A stretch of 63,161 nucleotides of DNA, counting the filler, from Diploschistes diacapsis (taxonomy: Eukaryota): NCBI GenBank assembly GCA_023645945.1. It is 20 parts of 20 records of this genome, joined end to end, with 100 filler letters (N's around TTAATTAATTAA, not from the genome) between each part and the next. Parts side by side here need not be neighbours in the genome. Positions count along the whole stretch, not along the records: positions 38,186 to 57,941 come from JALAIB010000362.1; positions 58,042 to 59,246 come from JALAIB010003620.1; positions 59,347 to 60,551 come from JALAIB010003621.1; positions 60,652 to 61,856 come from JALAIB010003622.1; positions 61,957 to 63,161 come from JALAIB010003623.1; 15 more parts are not named here. The stretch is one strand, 5' to 3'. The position numbers and the translations under genes were made by a program. The notes beneath the pieces are model-generated. The model was not told where the DNA came from. It saw only the letters and a program-made list of their open reading frames with translations, and searched no databases. How positions within the stretch are numbered: the first letter of the stretch is position 1; each line of letters opens with the position of its first letter. This document shows, piece after piece, positions 49,561-62,944 of this stretch.

Positions 49561-52500
49561 ATGGCCTCCGATGTCCAGCATGAAGCATTAAACCACCCAG
49601 ATCAGGGCATCGATGGACAGACAATCAAGGAGGAGAATCTACAATTCAATGGGATCTCTTTGGAAGACCATTGGCCTGATCCACCAACGGATAGGGAAAG
49701 GTTCCTTGTAGACCTTCAAGAATTCCACAAGCAGAGAGGGTAATCTGAGCTGAAGTCCTGCTGGAAAATGTAGCTAACGCTATGTGATTCATCAGAACTA
49801 CCCTCGATCCAAACCCTAGAGTTCACGGAAAGCCTGTAGATCTGTTCGATCTATTTCGGAACATCAATTCGAAGGGGGGGTACGATAGAGTTAGTGCAGA
49901 AAAGCTGCTATGGCGCAAAGTAGCCACAGAGCTCGAACTCAATCAGCACCATGCCGCAGCTTCTGCATTCGGAGCAAAAACAGTATACTACAAGAATCTG
50001 GCGTAAGTTGTTGAAGACGGACGGACCATCTTATCATCCCATTCTATCCTCCTAATTTTCTCGCAGCGCATACGCCCTGAAACGGGTCCACAAGAAAGAG
50101 CCTCCGCCGAAGGAAATCTTAGAAGACCTCACTGCGAAGGGAGGGGACCTGTTAAGTCGCAGTACCGAAACATTCAGACCGCCACAAAGATACGAGACTG
50201 TTGCCAATGGCAATGAAACTGAGGGTTCAGATGAGGATGCGTCCAAAACACCAAAGGCCAACCGCATGGACATCGATGAGCCAGCAAGTGGAGAGCGCCG
50301 TTCAAGAGGTATATTCGCTTCTATTTGCTGGTAACCAGACCTTTACGTTAATATGAACAGGTCTACGCCAGGCTCCGCCGCAACGTGTTCTATTCCAGCC
50401 TGATCTATCTTCTTCCAGGCGGCAAAACACTTTTCAAGGTACAAATCCCCAACAAGCGTCCCTCACACACATGGGCCTATCAGTACCTCTAGGCCTAAAC
50501 GCGAACAACAACAGCGGCGTATTCTCTGCTCAAAAGCACGATCCCACCATGGCTCAAGCCCTCACTTTCCGAAGCTTAGCAACGCCGAGGAGCAATCCAT
50601 CGGAATTTCAAAAGAAAGCGCAGCAGCTGCGAGAAGCTCGATTGGCAAGCGCTAGAGGATTCGAGCCTCCGAAGCCACAATTCATGGCGCCTGGTAGTAG
50701 GTTTTCTCTTTTGTCGTTTCTAATGATTGAACTAAAAGCTGTCGCAGCTGGCTTCGCTGGCCCGAACATCTACATTCGGACGCTTAATGCGCTTCGGTCA
50801 GGGATCGATGAGGAGATCGGTTATGCGCTGCACCACCTCGTCAAAATATCCCATGAACGAGGCGACAAATTCAGGTTCGAGGCTTTTGTTGGGTTTGCAG
50901 AGGGGCTCATAGAGCAAGGCCTCAGAGTGGGCTCGCTGTTCTACGATGTGTCCTGGAAAATCTCATGGCTGGGCTACGCTAGCGATGACATAAAGAGCAA
51001 CGACACACTAGACGCTGTTGACGGCACCTCGGACATAGTGGATCGGGTGAAGAAGCTTAGCCGGTTAGACGTCTCGGATGATGTGCAACCAGAGAAGTTC
51101 CAGCTCAGTCTACAGAAATGTATCGAAGCCGGTCTTGTGCTTCGTAATATGGCGATGTTAGAGGAGAATGCAAGATATCTCTCGGAGCTATGGCCGATGC
51201 GCGATCTCCTCTCTATCATCCTGAGTCTGCCACCATTAACTTGCGTCGTGGAGTTGAAGCACTATGCGCTCGACCTCGCGGAGCAGCTAACGAAATTCTG
51301 GATCTTCGAGGCAAACGACCCACTGTATAGTCTGCTTCTGGAACAAATTGAACAAGGACAGGATCGTGGTGCAATTTTAACGGCGTTGAGAGCGATATGT
51401 CGCATCTCGATGAATCTCGAAGAACCAAATCGACTACAGAACATCTCCATTAAGGCCATTACGTCGCTTATGGAATGGACGCTTCTTGACGATGACGAAC
51501 TCGTTGAAGCTTGCTTGGATTTCTTCTATCAATACACGGCAGTATCGAACAATGTCGCCCTGGTCCTGGACAACACTGATAACGGTGTGATCCCGCTCAA
51601 CTCCTTCACTCATACGCTAGGACGGCTTCTCTTGCACAACAGCAACGACAGTGTCTCGAAACGCCTCATTACAGAGATCGAGGTAGCCGCCGCCAACGAC
51701 ACAGTACTCGAGGTGCCGCAAGATCTTATGGAGCAGCTGATCACTATCTCGGAGCCGGATCGATCGTCGACATGGTTGAAAGCTTGTTTTGAAGAACACG
51801 CTGAAAGCTACATGACGCAGATCCAGCTCTGGCAAGCCTATCAGAATCGCTTCCAGCTGTTCAGCAACCCCTCCAAACCGATTCTGCAGGCGGCTGAGTT
51901 TATCAAGAATATCAGCGCGACTTTCACGGGCACGAGCGCTCAAGTCGTGACGACGGAAAATCCTCCAAAGTTTATCATCAAAGGCATTCGGCCAAAACGA
52001 GTACCAAAGGACACCAAAGGACGTACCTACATTCCCTGCCTCTGGACTGATCCGAAGAAGAAGTCGGAGACAGGCGGGAAGAAAACTTGCGGCAGCTTCT
52101 ACCTCAAACCGGAGCGACTGTTCGAGCATGTTGTCAGGGACCATATCGGGCTGGCCCAGAACGTCCACTCCGGAAAGTGGGAATTCGAAAAGCTCCGTCG
52201 GCAAGCTAAGGAGCACAAGCACAGATTCCACTGTCATTGGGCGGATTGCCAGCACTTTGCGGCCACCAAAGGTACAGACTCGCCCTACAAGGTTGGTATG
52301 CACGTCAAGACACATCTGCCGCACCAGAATGATGCGGCTGTCCAGCAGTCCTCGCACAGTGGGGTGAAGCGTCGCAAGATTACTGAATCCGAGGCCAGCG
52401 TCAGGGCCGACAAGTGCTTCGACAAGTACATCGGCAGAGATCTTCCTGCCGTTTATCAAGAATATGAGTGGAGGAATACAGCCACGGACGATCGCAACAA

Positions 52501-52726
52501 CGCGACTGGCATGCCATTGACAGCAGCCCTGGTGCTACGCAACCTTGCTCGCACGGTGCCTCGAGCCGTTACCGGCGTGGAAAGCGACAAGAGCATCAAG
52601 GACTGGATGGAGCAACTGTTCCTGCCGCTAATGGACCAACTGCACTACGTCCTGGCCGTGAACAAGGTGCTTGCACCCAACATCTACGACCTGCTGGAAG
52701 CCATCAAGAGAGGCACCGAGCCATGA
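49561..52726 (+). CDS. RSC9: RSC complex subunit Rsc9 (ARID, ARM-like, RFX-like winged helix, C2H2); introns 49740-49795, 50003-50066, 50309-50360, probably 50694-50747
   Basis: ARID VDLFDLF...GGYDRVS...WRKVA...YYKNL; GPNIYIRTLNALRSG...ALHHLVKISHERG; TQIQLWQAYQ..F...AAEFIKN; AALVLRNLAR. Confidence 0.93.
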
Positions 52727-54113
52727 CCGCGGCATGAGGGATGAGCAGTATTTCGATCAGTACCATTGGACGGAGTTTGTGGGGAGTTGGATTGATTTTG
52801 TTGCCTAGATACCCGGGCGTCGCGTGCCAGCAAGAGGATACAGCACGGTGGCTTTGTGCGCGCAGGCAGGCAGGCAGGCACCAGAGATGGCGATTGGCGT
52901 TCCCGAATGGCAAGGCTGATTGACCAATGAGGCAGATGGCAGGCTGGGGGAATGTCGTACTAGCTGGTACCTTACGATTATTATACTTTGTACTATGTTA
53001 GTCACACCCTTTTCGCCGGGCTGAAGTGCCTCGGACGACTGAGTCTGCGCTCAGTCAATGCAGCAATCAATCAACAAAATCAACGGTCCATTTACGATGA
53101 GATATCAGCCGCATCAATGCCTTTCGCTATCAGTTGAAGGTAGGCTGTAGGGAAACGAAGCCAATCGTCCTTTTTCGGTGCAACGGTGAGGAGGCACCCG
53201 TTATCGTAGTGCATGCAGCAAACACAAGTGTGGGGGACGTTACAGTGTTCCGTTGCAGATGGACAGTTTTTGGCGATAGAGGACGATGAGAAATAATGGG
53301 GAAGAGGAACGAACACAAGGCTAGACGGTGATGATCGAGTTGAAGTAGGGGTAGAATAGTGCTGACGGCGGGGCGAAGAAGAGAAGGAGAAGAAATAGTG
53401 TATAGTTAAACTTGTCTAGCTTTTGCCCATCGCACACGACCTTCCCAAGCACCTGATTTCGTTCATTAATCATATTAATCACAGTCATTAAGATCAAGTT
53501 CGATCTTGTGGTTTTCGCTTTTCAACAATACTCGTCTTTTTCTCTCTCGCCTTTATCGATACCCAATCGCCGCTAGTCCGTCACCTCTGACTCAAACAAT
53601 CTCATTTTTATCCACCATCCTCTCTCTCTACCTCCCATTTTCATCTTCTCCCAATGCACTTTCGGTGAACCTTCAAGGCACGCACCTCCACTAGGTATGT
53701 TTACAAGCGACGAGGCTCACCATCTGGCAAACAAGTCGTTCTGATAGGCCCCTGTAGCACAGGAACACTAGACATCAAAGCCTTGTACCTTGCTTGCCCA
53801 ATCACTTTCTCACCCGCCCTTTTGCCCTACAGCTCCTGCAAACATGCATCAACAACGATGAAGAAAGAAGCTGCCCAGAAGGAGTAGAGGGGTTGAGTAC
53901 CCTGAACAGCAAGCTACTAGCGTCTATGTCTTCAATTGACGCTTCTCTGGCCTTGACCAGCTCCCAAGAACCACTTCAGCCATGCATCTCTGCCTGGAGC
54001 ATCCGCGATAACAATCTGAGTCACGCTTCTATCCTTATCCATCTATTTCTCACAAATCCACAAACCCACCTTGAGCTCTCACAGCTCTAACGCCCAGGCC
54101 GAGTCAAACCGCC

Positions 54114-57109
54114 ATGCATCAGCACCCCAGGACGCCGCCGGTGACGGCATCCCCAGCGCGATCGCCGCAGACAAATCCCATGAGAACCAACAATCCTCGG
54201 GATCAGAGCAGAGGCAGCAGTCCCGGCTCGGTTGCGGAGAAAACTTCGTCCGTGGAAGCTGCAGCAGCTGCTTCGGAAGGCGGCAAAGCTACCATGAAGA
54301 CCCAGGAGCCGGTTGACAAAGACAATCTTGCCAAGCTCAATCAAGTCGTTCAGGCGAGTCTGATCCGTCCTTGATCGGTTTTTTTTTTTTTTTCTTTTCT
54401 TCAAGCTAATGGTTGCAGAACTATCACTGCAAAGCTGCTCTGATCATACTCCAATCGCGCGTTACACTTCCCCCAGCCATTGGGCGCAAAACGAACCTGC
54501 CTCGTCTTAACAAATGGGTATGTGGGCACCCATGCCTCTGCTGAGGTCCAAAGTCTAACGCAAAGGCAATTCTGCAGTTCAACATCGAGCTCGAAGAATC
54601 TGATGCTTTGGTGGAGGACTACCAGCCGTGGAAAAGCTGCGATGTATTGAACAATCGGCCACGGCCCATGGTCATCGAGGTGTACCTCAACACCAGGGAC
54701 TTGCTGAGCAACCAGAGTCTGGTTGTCTATGACGAATTCAACAAAAGGTGGGACGTGGAAGATGCCATCCGAAGCTTCTACACTTCAAGGTTGGGCGGCG
54801 AGGGCCGACAGAGCGGTTACGATGTCACCTTGGAACGTTGGGTCATTGGGCTCGGTGATGGAGAGAATGAACTTCCCAGTGACCTGGGATCAATACTACC
54901 AAAGGTATACAAGAACAGTATAATTCTATTCAGGTCGCTGTTCACCATGATGAGTCTCATGCCAGCTTGGAAGTTGAGCAAGAAATCGCAGAAATCGCGA
55001 CCCTCCCACCAGCTGCCAAAGCTACATTATCGCGTGTATGAGGACGGCAAGGGTCCCGCTTCGACCGGCATCGACAACCTGTCCATACCCCTCCCCGAAA
55101 CGGAGAGCCGACACGTTACGGACTATTATTTTGGTAGCATCGATTCACCCGCCGGGCCGTTCTCCATTAACGTTTCGTATCGGAGCAATTGCAACTTTCA
55201 CATAGAGAACTCCGAGGCCATTCTGAGCTCCCAATTCATCGATGAGGACATGTTCAAGCCTTCGCTGAGAAATCAATCCGAAAAAGCCACGAATCGGTAT
55301 CGTGAGCACGGCTCTCTGCCCCAAGGGCAGAGGCTGAGCGCAGGAGGTGCCGAACAAGCTCAGGCATACGGTAGCCTTTCGACCTTCCACAACACTGGCG
55401 CTCGCGGCAACACCAGCCCTCTCAGCGCATTGCGTGCGGCTAGGGAAACGAACGCGGCCCCGCCGTCGGATTCACCACCCGTCAAAGCTCCTCCCGAGCA
55501 CAGGGCCTCCTCTCAAGGCTCTCGCCCGTCTCTCAGGTCGGAGGCGCCAAGCATGGGTAGGAGAACGTCGGTTTCCTTCATGCCCTTTAAATCGCCTTCC
55601 CTTTCAGCATCTCCATTGCAGGGTGACCAGACGATTGCAACTTCGCCGCGAAATGCCGCCTCTGCTGCCCCGAAGTCATCTGCCTTGACAGCTCTCGCCG
55701 AAGCTCGCAATCCTGGGCTTGCACAGCAAAAGGAACCGCCGACTCCGAACTTACCGCTGCCCTCGGATCCTGTCGTACCTTCTTCAGCATCCAGCTCGCC
55801 TAGGCCCACGCCCCGGTACAGCAGCAGCTTTGGGCACCGTCGTGGAAAACCATCCACGGGTGGAAGCAAGGGAGAAGAAGATAACAATAGCAGCGGAAGA
55901 GGGAGCGCGTCTTCGTCCAACGCACAACCCGGCTCCGGGCTGATGACCGAAGGTGGACACGGCAGCTCAGGCTCGCTGCAAACCGACGACGATAATATTT
56001 CGGACTTTCTCAAGATGCTGGATCAGAAGAAAGACCTCAAAAGCTTTCGCACCCCATCGGACGCAGGGACAGGGGATGCCACGACACGCAGAACGACGGT
56101 AGCTCTGTCGAAGTACCAACGACTCAGGGACTCCAATGCCGTGCTCTCGGATTCCATGTCGTCATCGATGGTGGGCCACAGGTCTTCGACCTCGTCCAGT
56201 CGACAGCTATCGAGTGTGCCCCCTATGGTCGCCGGCACGTCTCTGTCAACATCTTCGTCGCCTGGGGAGCGCATGTCGCCCCGTACGCCGCACACGCCGG
56301 CCATCCCTTCCAGACTAAGCGCCAACAGTATCATTGACTATAACGCCACACGCGAGCGCGGCGCTGGTCGAGGTAGGATACCCGAAGGCGAGGAGGGTGC
56401 AGCAGACGAGCGAAGTGAGGCCAGGACGGCACGAGACCATGCCGGCGCCATCGATATACCCACGTCGCCGCGAACGCATCATCCGAGCTTCCGCCGGTCC
56501 AGCTCTGTCGCGCAGCACCGGGCCTATACCTATGATGAGGACAACATCGGCGACATCCTGCCCTTTGGTCTACGAAGTGCCAGTCTCGGCGGAGGCGAAG
56601 AGCGCGAACCTCTAAGCTTGAGCGCGCTTCTGGCCATGCAGGATGATGCCGGGGTCGCACTCCCAATGCTAGGTCCGGCGAACAACCCGGCAGGGGCGGC
56701 TGTCGACATGGCCAGGCAAAGGTCCTCGTCGTCCCAGGACGACAGGAATTGCGACGGCTCCGGTTCCACGAGGGGTGCACCTTACCGTCCGCGCATCGGT
56801 CGCGGATCGGGCCGTGGCCAGACACCACCTCATGGTTCCAGTACCAGTTTGGCAGGGGACCGCGGCAGCGGAAGCGGCAGCTCGGATCAGCGTGGGGGGC
56901 GGTACAGCTTCCCTCGCTCGAGCCACACCTTCGAAGACGAGGAACCGCTACTTTTCGCCATGAGCGAGCTCGGCAGTGCCCAGCAGCAGGGACGTAGAAG
57001 CCTGGAAGATGGCAGGAGGGGTTCGGTAGCCGCGGGAAGCGACGTTGGGGGCTCGGGAGATAATATTTCGAGGAGGGGGAGCAGGAGGGGAACGCACGGT
57101 TGGTCGTGA
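54114..57109 (+). CDS. ATG13: Autophagy protein Atg13 (GC-AG intron 54354-54418; GT-AG intron 54518-54577)
   Basis: HORMA KLNQVVQNYHCKAALIILQSRV..NKWFNIEL, PMVIEVYL, LERW, YKNSIILFRSLF; disordered region with DDDNISDFLKML and EDEEPLLFAMS. Confidence 0.96.
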
Positions 57110-57726
57110 TGCTATGGCAGCTGCTGAAGAAGAAAATGGTGACCGGGGGAGACGGTGGAGAAGCAGAAGCGATAAAAAAAATTTCAGAGGACGTTATCGT
57201 ATCGTATTGGGTAAAAGTACCTTTGGACAGGGGGGGGGGGTTTTTTTCAAGCATGGGGTACATTATATTTCTGAGCGGCGAAATCGGGCGCAGAGCCCTT
57301 TACCTTCGCTTTTTGTATCTTTTATGGATATGGATATTGCTACAGGGTTTATATAGGAGAAGGGAGAAAGGAGAGAGGGAGTGACGTTCGATCCAGGGGC
57401 ATTCATGTGTAGGCCATTCACTTACCTGAAAACAACCGACGTATTTTAGAAGGGCGGAAGAGCCAGACAGACAGCGAGAGTGGCTTTTGATTCTCCGAAG
57501 CCAGTGAGCGCAGTCGGTTCTCGGTTACGGATGTGGATGGAAGGTTACGGTGCAGATTTTAATTGAGCTGTGGAATAATATCCCCCCCCATCTATAGCAG
57601 AAAACGACGGGGTAGTCTACTTTAATAAGATAATGTATTGGGCTAGATTCGATCGTAATCTCATCTCGGGCGCGAGTTGGGAAAACTTTGCCCGGAGATG
57701 ATGGATTTGAATTTCATTCACCCGAA

Positions 57727-57941
57727 AGCTTGCTGCTTGCTGCTTGCTGCTCCCCAATGGTTTTTTTTTTTTTTTTTTTGAACTTGTATATCAATCAATA
57801 AAAGATCGTAAAATCGCTCTTATCACAAAAAAAAAAAAAAAAAGCGTTTGATAGAGATGTATTGTTTCCTACTCCCCCACCACCACCACCACCACCACGC
57901 CTTTTTGGGTAACTGCTGCTAACCACCTACCTACCTACCAG
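57727..57941. repeat. Simple-repeat patch: (GCTTGCT)n, long poly-T and poly-A, (CAC)n, (CCTA)n
   Basis: Directly visible at the contig end. Confidence 0.8.
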
Positions 57942-58041
57942 NNNNNNNNNNNNNNNNNNNNNNNNNNNNNNNNNNNNNNNNNNNNTTAATTAATTAANNN
58001 NNNNNNNNNNNNNNNNNNNNNNNNNNNNNNNNNNNNNNNNN

Positions 58042-58959
58042 TATTAACGTCGATAAAATAATTTAAAATCTTTTATTTATTTTTACTTTTAAAAGACCCG
58101 TAAAATCTATTAAAAAGATAAGCGTATTTTAGATTATTTTCGGTAAAGACGGAGGTCGGAAAAGAATAAAAGCTCGAAGAGATTCTTGACGTTAAACGTG
58201 ATCCCGAGCGAAGACTGACCGTTTAATATAAAGTACGTTAAGTAAAATAATTACTCGACGATAATTAATATCCCGCCGTTAATTTCGAAAATACTCTCGA
58301 TATTTTACGGGAGTTTTATTAATTAAATCCCGAAAAAAGAAGATTTTTATGGCTTATAACGTTCGGGGATAAACAGCTTACGTTAATAAAAAGTATAAAC
58401 GGAAACGAGCTTTTAGAATAAGACGGTATCGATTATTACGACGAATACGCTTTTTTATAGAATCTAAAAGTATATTTAATTAAGAACGCCGCTGAAAAGG
58501 ATTCAGGAAAAAAGAAACGTTAATTACGAAAAAAAACGGGTATCTTTTTAAATAAATATAGTAATAAAGAGGAGATCGAGGTATAAATTATTTAAAAAGA
58601 GTATAACGCTTATAAGAGATATAAGCATTTAGAAAGAGGGATAGTGAGATAGATTAATCTAGGCGTCTATTAAGCCACCGGAGTCATATAACGACAGGGT
58701 TATATATCGATAGGGTTATATAACAGATGCCAACCGTGCTAATAATGTTAAAGGGTGGTTATGTAGGCGGGTAGGACCCGAACCCTATAAGGCTGGTACT
58801 TACATATTATTTATTCCTGCCATCCTCCTATTTAGATAGTTTCTTTTCTAGCTTTTTAAATCGAGACCTTTTACCTGCAGATGCCCAGCTACACGTAATC
58901 TCACCGGATCAGGCCCAGCCCCCGGTAGTGTAGTATCCCATTCCTGCGCTGGCGTTTCA
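58042..58959 (+). mobile_element. Gypsy chromovirus 3' end: chromodomain remnant, PPT and family A 3' LTR (58645-58959)
   Basis: E*KLEEILDVK...*YKVR*..*..DDN*YPAVNFEN..ILREFY; purine tract AGAAAGAGGGATAG abuts TGAGA...TTTCA. Confidence 0.85.
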
Positions 58960-59346
58960 ATAAACGTTAATTGATATTTCTTACGTTTATTTCTTATAAT
59001 AATTATTATAGATTTTAATCTTTGCGTCATTTACGATAAACGAGTTATTATATAAATTAAAGATATAGAACTAACCTTATAATTTTATAATAATACGATT
59101 ATATCGTCGTTCCGTTAGTCTATTCGAGATCAAAAAAAACTAAAGAATCGGAATTAAAATCTCATATTTAATAAGATGTATTAAGAAGTTTTATCGGGTA
59201 TTACGTTAATAAATTATAAAGTTTACGTTAAACGTAAGTTATTATANNNNNNNNNNNNNNNNNNNNNNNNNNNNNNNNNNNNNNNNNNNNTTAATTAATT
59301 AANNNNNNNNNNNNNNNNNNNNNNNNNNNNNNNNNNNNNNNNNNNN

Positions 59347-59842
59347 AGAATATAGCGTTCCGATAGGCACCGTATTTAAAATTAATAACAGTTTATATGA
59401 TTTAAAGTAAACGATCGAAGATAATATAAAAAATACGGTATTATAATGTTAAATTCAAGCTTTATTCGTCCAATCAATTATTTATACGTTTTTATTTTGA
59501 GAGATCGAAAGCTACTAAACAATTTTTACGTAAACGATATTATCGTGGCAGCGCCGGATCTATACGATGTATCTTGGTTTAAAAAAGCATCAATTGAACG
59601 CTATAAGATTAAGGACCTAAAAAAGATTAAAATTTTTTTTGAAAGAAGAGTTCAGGACAGCGCTTAGGTTCATTAAGTTCAACTGAACTGACCTTAGATT
59701 AAAAATATACTTCGAAAAGAGGCTTTAACGGTTTAAAATAATAACGGATATATATAAAGATTAGAAAATGCCGTTTAATAAATACGACGGCATTAAATTA
59801 GATAAGAAATCCTCCGAAATAATCAATAAAATATAATGTCAA
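59347..59842 (+). mobile_element. RIP'd Copia RT fragment, same family as 1-522
   Basis: NSLYDLK, FYVNDIIV (YVDD changed to YVND), ERYKIKDL. Confidence 0.85.
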
Positions 59843-60023
59843 CATCACGAAAAGGTTTTGGCGGCGAAACACCGCGAAAATCCGCGAAACTGGCAAAACT
59901 GGCGAGCCAATCATTTTTTACTAGTCTATTACGTAAGCAAAATTAATTAATAATTATAATATCATACTAATTGTTGAGCAACGTAATAGATATATTAAAG
60001 TCTAAAGCTCTTAGCTATGAAAG

Positions 60024-60551
60024 TAGGCTGGCCGTTTCGTGCCACGGACACTGACACGGACACCGCAGCAAAAAATTTTAAAACACAGACACTAACACGG
60101 ACACTAACACGGACACCGCAGTTAAAATTTTTTAAACATGGATATTAATACGGATATTATATTTCCGTAAATCCACGGACACGGACACCGTAATTAAAAA
60201 ATTTAAAACAAGAATATTAACACGGATATTATATTTCCGTAAATCTACGGACACGGATACCGTAATTAAATTTTTAAAACACGGACATTAATACGGATAT
60301 TATATTTCCGTAAATTTATTAATATTGATATTATAATGTAATAAAAACACGAAAATACTTTTTTTTCAATATTTTTAAAATTATTACGTTTATTTCTTAC
60401 GTTTTTATTTAAAAAAATTTTTTAAAAATAGAAACGTGAGAAATAAACGTAATAATTTTAAAAATATTTAAAAAAAGTATTTTCGTGTTTTTATTATAGT
60501 ATAATATCCGTGTTAATAAATTTACGGAAATATAATATCCGTATTAATATC
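60024..60551. mobile_element. hAT-like foldback element, left arm and palindromic centre
   Basis: TIR TAGGCTGGCCG, ACACGG repeats, sequence inverts on itself around 60417. Confidence 0.75.
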
Positions 60552-61077
60552 NNNNNNNNNNNNNNNNNNNNNNNNNNNNNNNNNNNNNNNNNNNNTTAAT
60601 TAATTAANNNNNNNNNNNNNNNNNNNNNNNNNNNNNNNNNNNNNNNNNNNNATAGAAAGATAGGTTCAAGAACACGATTACGTCGAAAAAAGAATATTAA
60701 GAATAATAAATTTTTAAATATTTTAATTACCGGAAAGATATAGAACTATATTAGGATATAAAAATAGCGGGATAGAGATTTCTTATTAATAAGATTTATA
60801 TAAAGTTCGTTATAAGATAGCGAATTATTAAAAAAAGGGATCGTATATAAACATAAAAGTAAGCGGGCAAATTTAGTAAAGATAATCTTTATAGGGCAGC
60901 TCTATTTAAGGAGGCCTGCTAGGTAGCTCTAGATAATCAATGCATCCTACACCTCACAAATGTCCCACCTAGGTATGCTGTTGACTACGAGATCACACTA
61001 CATTCCCCTACTACACCCCCTACGACTACCTACCTACTACAGCAAGGGAAGTCTCCCTAGACAGCGCGCCTTGTGTT

Positions 61078-61856
61078 TATATTATTATCGTTAATATAAT
61101 AAAATATAACGTTATTTTAAAAGATTCGTAACTAAATATCCCATAATTTAACGATTAATTTTAAGACACGAACTTTTAAATTAAACGGATATATATATGT
61201 TAATATATCCCGTCTATACGTAATCATAACGACTACGATAGATAAAAAGAAAGTATTATATAATATTACCCGAACCGGAATTAAGGAAAACCTTCATTAA
61301 TAAATTTAATTACGAGAAATAAAAACTCGTATTAATAAGAATACTAATAAGAAAGAAAATGACTATCTTTTAGAAATTTTTAAAAAATATTATTAATAAT
61401 TATACCTCTTTTAAAAAGAAATAGGCGTACGAATACTACTTAAGTATAAACCTTAAGACCATATTATTGAACTTATGGACGGAGAAACCTTAAAATTTGA
61501 ATCTTTTTATAAAACATTAATAATAAAGTTGAAATTCCTTAAACAATATCTCCAGAAAATGTTTAAAAAAAGATATATTCGTAAATCTAAATTATTAATA
61601 TTATTTCTAATCATTTTCGTACCGAAACCTAACGGTAAAAAAAGATAAACTCTTTAACCCTATATCGACTTCCGGAAGCTTAACGTTATCACCGTGAAGA
61701 ACCGTTATCCCATACCGAACATTTAAGAATTACGAGATCGACTATATGGCGTATTATAATATACGAAATTGAACTAACGAGCAAGCTTTAATTTCATAAA
61801 GATAAAAGAAGGCGAAAAATGAAAAACAATATTTAAAACACGTTACGGGTTATTCG
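61078..61856 (+). mobile_element. RIP'd Ty3/Gypsy pol (RT N-terminal half)
   Basis: DHIIEL, YIRKS, IFVPKPNG, IDFRKLNVITVKNRYPIPNI, K*KTIFKTRYGLF motifs. Confidence 0.9.
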
Positions 61857-61956
61857 NNNNNNNNNNNNNNNNNNNNNNNNNNNNNNNNNNNNNNNNNNNN
61901 TTAATTAATTAANNNNNNNNNNNNNNNNNNNNNNNNNNNNNNNNNNNNNNNNNNNN

Positions 61957-62433
61957 AATGTAGTGTCCGTGTTAATATCAGTATTTTAAAATTTTTAATT
62001 GTAATATCCGTGTCCGTGTTTTTATTATAATGTAATGTCCGTGTTAGTATCCGTATCGAAAATTTTTTTATTATGATATCCGTGTCCGTGCATTTACCGA
62101 AACATTTTAAATTATTTTTTTAATTTTAATAATTCTAGAATTATCACGTTTATTTTTTACGGTTTTATTTTTTTAAAAAAATTTTACTGCGGTGTTTCGG
62201 TGGATTCACCGTAATATTTCGATAAATTTACGGAAATGCAGTATCCGTGTCAGTATCAATATTTTAAAATTTTTAATTATAATATCCGTGTCCGTGCTTT
62301 TACTACAATGCAGTGTCCGTGTTAGTGTCCGTGTTTTAAAATTTTAGCTGTCGTGTCCGTGTCAGTGTCCGTGTTTTGAAAATTTTTGCTGCAGTGTCCG
62401 TGTCAGTGACCGTGGCACGAAACGGCCAGCCTA
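61957..62433 (-). mobile_element. hAT-like/foldback element end
   Basis: CCGTGT repeats ending in AAACGGCCAGCCTA. Confidence 0.75.
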
Positions 62434-62944
62434 ATCTCGATAGCTTTTAAGATAAAATATAGCCGTACCTAATCGTCGAAATATTTTATCGATAAGAACT
62501 AGCGGTCAATCTAATCCTATTAAAAGCGATTAATTAAATCAATAAAAATAATAACGAAAAAAAAATGTTGCGTAACGTTTAAAAATCAGAATTAATTTAT
62601 TTTACGATCTTTACGATAATAATTTTAGATCTTATCGTGTTCGTTCTTAATTAATTATTTTAATAACTCGAATCGCATATTCTCTATCGTTGGTTATCTC
62701 GAAGGCCAGTTGGACCTATTTTTTGAATCCCGTAAAATTCTTAAATATTCCGTATTTATTTTTTTAACTTCTTAAATATTCGTCGAGATAAAATTTCATT
62801 CATATTAATACGCGGTTACGTATAAATCCTACGGCGAAAACGATTCGTTTTCTTTAATAGCTTTTTAATTCGAGTTTATTCGACTCGAAACGAAAGCTTT
62901 AAAAAAAGAACTATTTTTAATATCAAAACCTAACTCGTTCATAT

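Larger units (their letters stand above)
1211..61956. other. 19 artificial 100-nt contig linkers (N44-TTAATTAATTAA-N44) starting at 1211, 2521, 3830, 5139, 25014, 26323, 27632, 28940, 30248, 31555, 32862, 34168, 35474, 36780, 38086, 57942, 59247, 60552, 61857
   Basis: Identical spacer each time, with stop codons in all six frames. Small-contig lengths fall monotonically from 1210 to 1205. Confidence 0.98.

Noticed and set aside
51617..57263. Long antisense or alternate-frame ORFs (51617-52459, 56331-57263 and many in GC-rich genes)
   Set aside because: Shadow ORFs of RSC9, ATG13 and the GT genes with no recognisable motifs.
57760..57843. Poly-T/poly-A inverted pair as a hairpin element
   Set aside because: Homopolymer runs in intergenic low-complexity DNA; the intervening sequence is not complementary.
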